A stretch of 63,851 nt of DNA, the filler included, from Olpidium bornovanus S191 (lineage: Eukaryota > Fungi > Olpidiomycota), in the NCBI GenBank assembly GCA_017911155.1. It is 27 parts of 27 records of this genome, joined end to end, with 100 filler letters (N's around TTAATTAATTAA, not from the genome) between each part and the next. Parts side by side here need not be neighbours in the genome. Positions count along the whole stretch, not along the records: positions 59,004 to 62,479 come from JAEFCI010011708.1; positions 62,580 to 63,851 come from JAEFCI010011192.1; 25 more parts are not named here. The stretch is one strand, 5' to 3'. The notes below the pieces were generated by a model. That model was given only the letters and a program-made list of their open reading frames with translations, was not told the DNA's origin and did no database searches. The translations under genes were made by a program, and so were the position numbers. Below are positions 59,004 to 63,851 of the stretch, piece by piece. The stretch's first letter is position 1; every line of letters starts with the position of its first letter.

Positions 59004-59420
59004 GACTCCGACTGGGTTGGGGCTCCTGCCACCAGAAAAAAGCACCACCGGCTATGTGATTCGCCTGGGGAACGCCATCGTATCTTGGGGGAGCAGCCGC
59101 CGGGACTGTGTGGCGCTTTCATGCACAGAGGCAAAACAACAGCGGAAATGGAAACGTGCCGGGAACTCTTGTGGCTCCGTTAAGTCTATGTGGCTGCCAC
59201 TGGCAACCGCCACCCCAACTCTGCTGAAGATAGGCAACCAGGGCGCCTTAGCTATCACCTCCGACACTCGTCACATATCCAATCAATCCAAGCACATTGA
59301 GAATCATCATCTCTATAATCGCGAGTGCACTTAGGACGGCGAAGTTATGCCATCCTCGGTCCCGTCGGCAGACACTTTGCAGATGGCCTCACAAACGGTC
59401 TCCGCGGTCTCAACTTTTCC
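59004..59420 (+). mobile_element. Decayed Ty1/Copia RNase H fragment
   Basis: DSDW; STTGYVIRLGNAIVSW; VALSCTEA; GNQGALA; SKHIE; ADGLT. Confidence 0.93.
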
Positions 59421-59669
59421 GTCACTCTCTCGGCATTTGCTTTTGGCCTGGTTCATAGAGGCTTTCCTTTTATCCAGAAAAAATGCGTGAAGATGGGCAT
59501 CCCGTCAAGGTCAACGAGCTTGTGCAGGCAGGAACGACAAAATTTTTTCATTTTTCCTTCTTCACATTTATCCGCTTTCTTTCACTTCCTTGTGAAGTTG
59601 GCCAAATTATCTCACACTTTACACGACTTTCGTTCAATCTGTGCCCACTATCTATAGTCATTTTCGCTC

Positions 59670-59700
59670 GGGGAGGGGTGTTGGGAGATATGACCAACAT
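59670..59700 (+). promoter_or_regulatory. Putative polypurine tract and start of 3' LTR (TGTTG at 59679)
   Basis: GGGGAGGGG immediately followed by TGTTGGG, downstream of the copia RNase H. The LTR end was not located. Confidence 0.55.
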
Positions 59701-59910
59701 CTTTTTTCCCCTCCCTCGTTTTCATGCCCAAAGCAAATAAACCTCTCGAAACTCTTGTAACAGAACACTCATGATGGCATTGCTGAGTGCTTCAGCCGGA
59801 CAATTTCTAGACAGAGTTTGTGCCGTCTTTTATGATTCCGGCTTCCCTCATCTTTTGTGGGACAAGCTTTGAAACTCGTTGTCTTGCTCGATAACTATTC
59901 ACCCCAGTCT

Positions 59911-60210
59911 GCAATTGTCGGCAAGTTGCCGATGAGCACATACAAACTGTGAGAGTTGTAGAATCACGGAACGAATTTGGGGGACACCCTTTTCTTCGTC
60001 CTTGCCTTTCTTCCCTTCCTTTCTCTTCCCGGCAAACACACCAAAATAAAAGGCAACGGCGCAATTGTCGGCAAGTTGCCGATGAGCACATACAAACTGT
60101 GAGAGTTGTAGAATCACGGAACAAATTTGGGGGGCACCCCTTTCCCCGTCCTTGCCTTCCTTCCCTTCCTTTCTCTTCCCGGCAAACACACCAAAATAAA
60201 AGGCAACGGC
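59911..60210 (+). repeat. 150-bp tandem duplication (2 near-identical copies)
   Basis: GCAATTGTCGGCAAGTTGCCGATGAG... starts at 59911 and 60061, and both copies end ..AAAAGGCAACGGC. Confidence 0.95.
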
Positions 60211-60425
60211 AAGCTCCCGTCAGAAATCTCCCTTCCATACAAACCGGCTGCCATGCTCGCGTATTGTAAACTACATATAAATAGTAGTCAACGTAAATGT
60301 AATTTATAAAAAGGCTACTAATCATGTTGCTAATGCCGACATTGTAAGAACCGATTTCAATCCCTTACGCATTTTGGGTTTTAAGGTGTATTTGCACATT
60401 TCAAAAACTGATCGTCACACAAAAT

Positions 60426-60811
60426 TTGCCGAGGCTGCCCAGATCACGCATCTTGTTGGTTATTCCTAGTCTTCGAAAGGCTGTTGCCTCTGGGAACCGT
60501 AGCAAGGCACAGTCATTGAACGGTATGATGTCCGTTTTGACAATTGAAAACCGTGGGGAGACGATCCCAACTGTGCTGCCCCTGTCAAAGATTCAGTCAT
60601 ACAGGAACTCGACGAGGAAGGGAGCGAGGCCGACGATGGGAACATTTTGCAGTGAAAAAGATAATTGATCACCGCGGAGGCCCAGATGGAAATTTCAAAT
60701 TCCTACTTAAATGGAAAGGGGATTTAAGCTCATCCAACTTTTGCAGCCTCACCCGGCTTTTGGGAGCCCGTGGCAGATTTGAAAGGCACTCGTCTTCTGA
60801 AAGCCTACTTA
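60426..60811 (+). mobile_element. Second decayed chromovirus tail (integrase end + chromodomain)
   Basis: VLPLSKIQSY, then EHFAVKKIIDHRGG..FKFLLKWKG and, after a frameshift, WEPVADLKGTRLLKAYL. Confidence 0.75.
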
Positions 60812-62649
60812 CAGCGCCAGCAAATCCCAATTGCTCCAACTGCTTCGGCATCCGACTTCAGACGTCGCGTCCGAGTTCGGGAGCTGTCGGAATTCATCGG
60901 AAATCAGTTTGCATGTTTTCAAGATTAAAAGTGAGCGCAGTGGAATATGCTGATGGGAACGGTACATGAAACCGTGCCTGGGACACTCGCGGCAGCGCGT
61001 CAGCAGACCTTCGAGCTTGATGTTGCGGCGTGCAGCTTCGTTATGTTTTGATACCGGGCGCGAGGTAGACGGAGCGGACGGTCCTCCCAACCCCACCGCA
61101 ATCTCACCGCACTACTGAATTGATTGGCGGAATTCAACGACGACTTTGGCGTGCGAGCCAGTGCCGTATCGCAACGATGAGGCGAGATGCTGAGACGGAC
61201 GCAACACCAACAAACCACGCGACTCGGGGTGATACTATTGGACGGCGCGACTCAACGGGCGAAAAGATCGTAACGTGTGAAAGTCGAAAAAAAAATAGTA
61301 ACAAAAAAGAAAACTGGAAGGAAGGCGAAGATGGCAGGGAGATCGAAAAGCGCGCGCACTCTCGCACGCACACACGTGCGTCGCAGCTCACCAGCCTTTT
61401 CGAGCGACAAAAGGAGGCGTGCGTTGCAACCGAAAGGGCGCCGTAGACGGCAACAATAAACGCCGCATAGAAGAACTTTTTGGGGCCTGCCGCGTCCACC
61501 GCGCTCCACAGTGCGGAAAAAAAAAAGGTCACACCGTCGAGGGCGAGCAGACGGGCGGGCATTCCGAGAACGTGCAGTCACAGCGGTCCGCTCCATCGAC
61601 AAAAAGCTTGCGGCGTCGCGGCCTGCGGACGACCCGGCGGAATCTGCCGAAAGGAAGGCGCATTGTCGGTGATTAATCGGTTGCCACGGCGCGCGAGGAA
61701 TCGATGCGGGTGCCGGCTCTTTTTCCTTTCTGGATTGTGCGCGTGACGGGCTGCATTTGCGACGAGCTGCATTTGTGGCAGTGACGCGTGTTCCTATGCA
61801 TTGAATTTGTAGATGGTGCACACCGTCACTTTAAATCTCTCGATGCACTAAGGGGTGGAGCCGTCGCGCCGTCTCTGCGATCGACGGGCGCGCACCCTCT
61901 CATCCCCTCGAAATGAAAAGCAAACCGCCCTTCCTTCCCCCCCTCTCCCTTTCCCCCCCCCACCCAAGATCAAAATTGAACTCGACAAGCGTCGCACATC
62001 GCAATAGCCGTCGTGGCCCGCGTTCGCCAACGATCGGAAACCAAGGCGGTCATGGCGTCGGCTACCCCGCTGGGCGTCGTTCTCCGTCGTCGTTTTCGAT
62101 TCTATGTGAGCGGTAGTCGCCGCAGATCCGCTTCGCTTCGTCTTAACCGCAAGGGCGGAAACGACTTGATACGTTTCCCCGTTCGACAGATTACCCCCCG
62201 CTTTCGGTGAGTCGGTAACCGGCTTCTTCTGTCCCTCCGTCGCCTCGAATGCCCTGCGTCTCCGGAAATCGATAGCCGGCAGCGCCACGTTGCCTTTGTG
62301 AACAAGAAGCGTACACATGCGGAGTCGGCGGAAGGAAGGTGCGGTGGTCGCTGCTGACACATGCCCGGGATGCCGGGGATGGGTAGTGAGCTCGAAGGAC
62401 GCCGAGGGAACTTTGGAGGACGAGCTGCAGCATTGATGCTGATGTCGTGTTCGGACGGTTTTCGCCGTTTACCGTCCGCNNNNNNNNNNNNNNNNNNNNN
62501 NNNNNNNNNNNNNNNNNNNNNNNTTAATTAATTAANNNNNNNNNNNNNNNNNNNNNNNNNNNNNNNNNNNNNNNNNNNNCCCGTGCCAAAAAAAAAAAAA
62601 AAAAAACGCGCAAAGAATACACACTACAAACAAAAATTTACCCACCACA

Positions 62650-62690
<41 letters not shown>

Positions 62691-62710
62691 AAGGCCGAAC
62701 GGTGCGGTTA

Positions 62711-63851
62711 TCACGAGCTGTCCCACACGCGGCCGAACTGGTCGTCCGCGTGGTGGGCGAGGTGGTGGAAGTGGTTTGCGGACGACGACGGCGCGCCGGC
62801 CGGCGGCGTCGCGTAGTTGGCGGCGGCGCCGTACGGCTGCGGCACGTAAACGTGGGGGGCGTACGGCGGCCAGAGGACCTGGTGGGCGGCGCCGCCGTAC
62901 GGGTACGCGTACGGCGGGCACCAGCAGTGGGCCGCGTGCGGCTCGCAGTACCGCGGCTGGTAGTAGCCGTGCTGGGAGAAGGAGGAGGAGGAGTAGGAGG
63001 AGGGCGGCGGCGGCGGCGGTGGCGGCGACGGCGACGACGGCGCGGCGACGGCGGGGTAGTACATCACGGCCGGGGAGGGAAGGTACGTCGTCGTCATCCC
63101 AAGCGGGGTCGCCGTCGTCGCCGCCGCCGCCGGCGTCGGCTGGTGGTGGTGGGGGTGGGGTTGGTAGTTCGGCGCCGGTTCTCCGCCTCCCCAGCCGCCG
63201 AACTCCTCTGGGTAATACGCGTTTCGCGCCGGCAGCGCCGGAGCGGGGCCCGCCGCGGGAACGAACTCAGGCGGGCGGTGGTGGGGCGCGGGACCGCCGG
63301 CGGTCGCGAACGTTCCTCCGGCCGCCGCGGCCGAGGGCGCGGGCGCGGACGCGTGGGCCGGGCCCCAGGGCGACGGCGACGCCGCCCCCGCGCTGTAATT
63401 TCTATCCGCCCCGTCCTGCGCCGCCCTGCGTCGGTTCCGCCGCTGCCGCCTCCGATTCCGGCGGCGCCGCGGCCGCCCGTCGGGGTTGTGGGCCTGCGAC
63501 CGTGCGCCGGCGGCGCCGTCGGGCCGCGGCGGCGGCGGCCAGTCGTCGACCGCCTGCGGCATCGACATCTCGCTGTGCCCCCCTGCCGCCCCCCCGCCGT
63601 CGTCGTCCTCGCCGGCCGACGCGTCTTCGCCGTCGTCGTCCTCCTCCTCGACCGGCCCGACGACGCCGACGCCGCCGCCGCGGGCGGTGCTGACCTGCAG
63701 GGACATGGGCGGCAGGCGGGCGTTGACGGCCATGGCCAGCCGTGCCTCATCCCTCCTCCTCTGCAGGTACCTCTCCCCTCTCTCCCAGTACGTCGCGGCG
63801 TGCCACCCCGGGTGGAGGATCCTCCCGGGGCAGGACGCGCGCCGCTGCGGC
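62711..63851 (-). CDS. Low-complexity Pro/Ala/Tyr-rich protein, C-terminal exon
   Basis: The open frame continues beyond the window end (..HPGWHATYWERGERYLQRRDEARLA MAVNARL..) with an Arg-rich NLS-like patch and a PY-rich tail. Family not recognised. Confidence 0.5.
   Translation of the reverse strand, partial: PQRRASCPGRILHPGWHAATYWERGERYLQRRRDEARLAMAVNARLPPMSLQVSTARGGGVGVVGPVEEEDDDGEDASAGEDDDGGGAAGGHSEMSMPQAVDDWPPPPRPDGAAGARSQAHNPDGRPRRRRNRRRQRRNRRRAAQDGADRNYSAGAASPSPWGPAHASAPAPSAAAAGGTFATAGGPAPHHRPPEFVPAAGPAPALPARNAYYPEEFGGWGGGEPAPNYQPHPHHHQPTPAAAATTATPLGMTTTYLPSPAVMYYPAVAAPSSPSPPPPPPPPSSYSSSSFSQHGYYQPRYCEPHAAHCWCPPYAYPYGGAAHQVLWPPYAPHVYVPQPYGAAANYATPPAGAPSSSANHFHHLAHHADDQFGRVWDSS

Noticed and set aside
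1649-62579. Regularly recurring TTAATTAATTAA palindrome as a biological repeat or CRISPR-like array
   Set aside because: It is always embedded in exactly 44+44 Ns, so it is an assembly-joining spacer.
1-63851. Gene cluster or operon interpretation (e.g. NudE + dynein + Spc25 + Sfi1 as a cytoskeletal cluster)
   Set aside because: The genes are on separate contigs, so their adjacency is arbitrary.

Overview
This window is not one locus. It is 27 short, unrelated contigs (about 1.2-4 kb each) joined by an artificial 100-nt spacer (N44-TTAATTAATTAA-N44), so gene neighbourhood means nothing across spacers. The DNA is eukaryotic and fungal-like: GC-rich exons and short GT-AG introns full of homopolymers and microsatellites. 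A flagellated, early-diverging fungus such as Olpidium is my unverified inference. Recognisable, mostly partial, spliced genes: RRM + 4xCCHC RNA-binding protein, decayed proteinase K-type subtilase, SPC25, p22phox/NoxD-like protein, NudE, divergent dynein heavy-chain C-terminus, RgpF-like membrane protein, tRNA-Ala(CGC), ARP5, POL5, an SDR, a Myb/SANT-like (DUF6818-type) protein, TOM1, VPS34 and GPI16. Transposon debris includes two chromovirus integrase/chromodomain tails, a further gypsy fragment, copia RT and RNase H fragments, and a TIR-bounded Mutator derivative. The most intriguing signal is a degenerate coding family present in two unrelated contigs (about 19.8-20.6 kb and 53.2-53.9 kb). 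It carries 2OG-Fe(II) dioxygenase-like HxD...H...RxT motifs reminiscent of TET/JBP, lies among retrotransposon remnants, and one copy directly abuts a chromovirus chromodomain. All family assignments come from motifs recognised by eye; no searches were run.
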